This document shows positions 63,537-64,000 of a stretch of DNA of 64,000 bases, piece by piece; position 1 is the first letter of the stretch, and every line of letters starts with the position of its first letter. Both the position numbers and the translations under genes were made by a program. Location of the stretch: positions 1 to 64,000 of IMG/VR virus record IMGVR_UViG_3300037804_000252. One strand, given 5' to 3'. The notes under the pieces were generated by a model, which had not been told where the DNA came from, did not search any database, and saw only the letters and a program-made list of their open reading frames with translations. The stretch is from a virus.

Positions 63537-64000
63537 TTATGTATCGAAACGAACAATGAAATTTACAGGATAATCTGGTAATGATTTGATTGCTTTTGGT
63601 AGTTTTGCTACTGCAACCATATTATTATCATTATCATATAAACCTATTGTTGTAATAAATGGTGCTATGTAAGAACCTGTTGGGTCTACCGAAGATGATA
63701 TCATATAGTCATCAAAACTACCAACACTTGAATTCAAAGATGATACAAATGGATGTGATGAGTTTTTAATATATCTTGCACCAGGTTGATAAAATGATGC
63801 GGTGTAAAATTCATTTGATGAAAGTGGTCTATCTCTTCTATTTGCTAAGATACTTAATTTCTGTCCTCCAACTTCATGTATTGCTGTTGGATTTTGTGAT
63901 ACATTAAATTCGTTTTCTAATACCGAAAGAAATATTTCATTTTCGTAAATAGTCATTGTAGAACGATATGTAACTGTATATTGTGTTAATTCAGAATTAT
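63537..64000 (-). CDS. 3' part of a virion (baseplate/tail-associated) protein; 5' end outside window
   Basis: Frame stays open past the track's Met to the window edge (NSELTQYTVTYRSTMTIYE); C-terminal P.ITTIGLY.....VAVAKL..I.....FIVRFD. Confidence 0.75.
   Translation of the reverse strand, partial: NSELTQYTVTYRSTMTIYENEIFLSVLENEFNVSQNPTAIHEVGGQKLSILANRRDRPLSSNEFYTASFYQPGARYIKNSSHPFVSSLNSSVGSFDDYMISSSVDPTGSYIAPFITTIGLYDNDNNMVAVAKLPKAIKSLPDYPVNFIVRFDT

Noticed and set aside
1-64000. Stop-codon reassignment as seen in some large phages
   Set aside because: Conserved genes (capsid, portal, terminase, protease) are full length under the standard code and coding density is high
1-64000. tRNA or rRNA genes
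   Set aside because: Intergenic gaps are short and AT-rich; no cloverleaf with a T-loop consensus or rRNA-like sequence was recognised by eye

Overview
AT-rich 64 kb segment of a large T4-like (Far-T4/jumbo-type) myophage genome, standard genetic code, almost entirely transcribed on the minus strand. Three exact Bacteroidota-type promoters (TTTG-N20-TAnnTTTG) point to a Bacteroidota host. From right to left it holds a GIY-YIG protein, primase, a fused Mre11-Rad50 (gp47-gp46) gene and a UDP-glucose dehydrogenase. Next come a small ribbon-helix-helix gene missed by the ORF track (the only plus-strand gene) and a 3162-aa tail fibre with an internal non-splicing Hint domain plus its chaperone. 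A glycosylation operon follows (GT4-methyltransferase-GT fusion, TibC/AAH-type protein O-heptosyltransferase, HldC, HldA), then a 1145-aa NMNAT-like/ligase-like mosaic protein. The head module comprises terminase, portal, several predicted internal head proteins, prohead protease, scaffold and major capsid, followed by neck genes and two giant repeat-rich virion proteins (4585 aa and at least 2313 aa; the latter runs off the left end and is missing from the ORF track). The most notable candidate systems are: (1) phage-encoded ADP-heptose synthesis and protein heptosylation, paired with a pervasive [ST][GAS]S motif in outer virion proteins; (2) modular capsid-cargo polyproteins with N-terminal targeting leaders and prohead-protease-type linkers; (3) 19 tandem helical repeats carrying a phycobiliprotein-like C-x-R-D motif; (4) cupredoxin-like modules and a Hint domain in fibre proteins. 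All functional assignments rest on motif recognition by eye; no searches were run.
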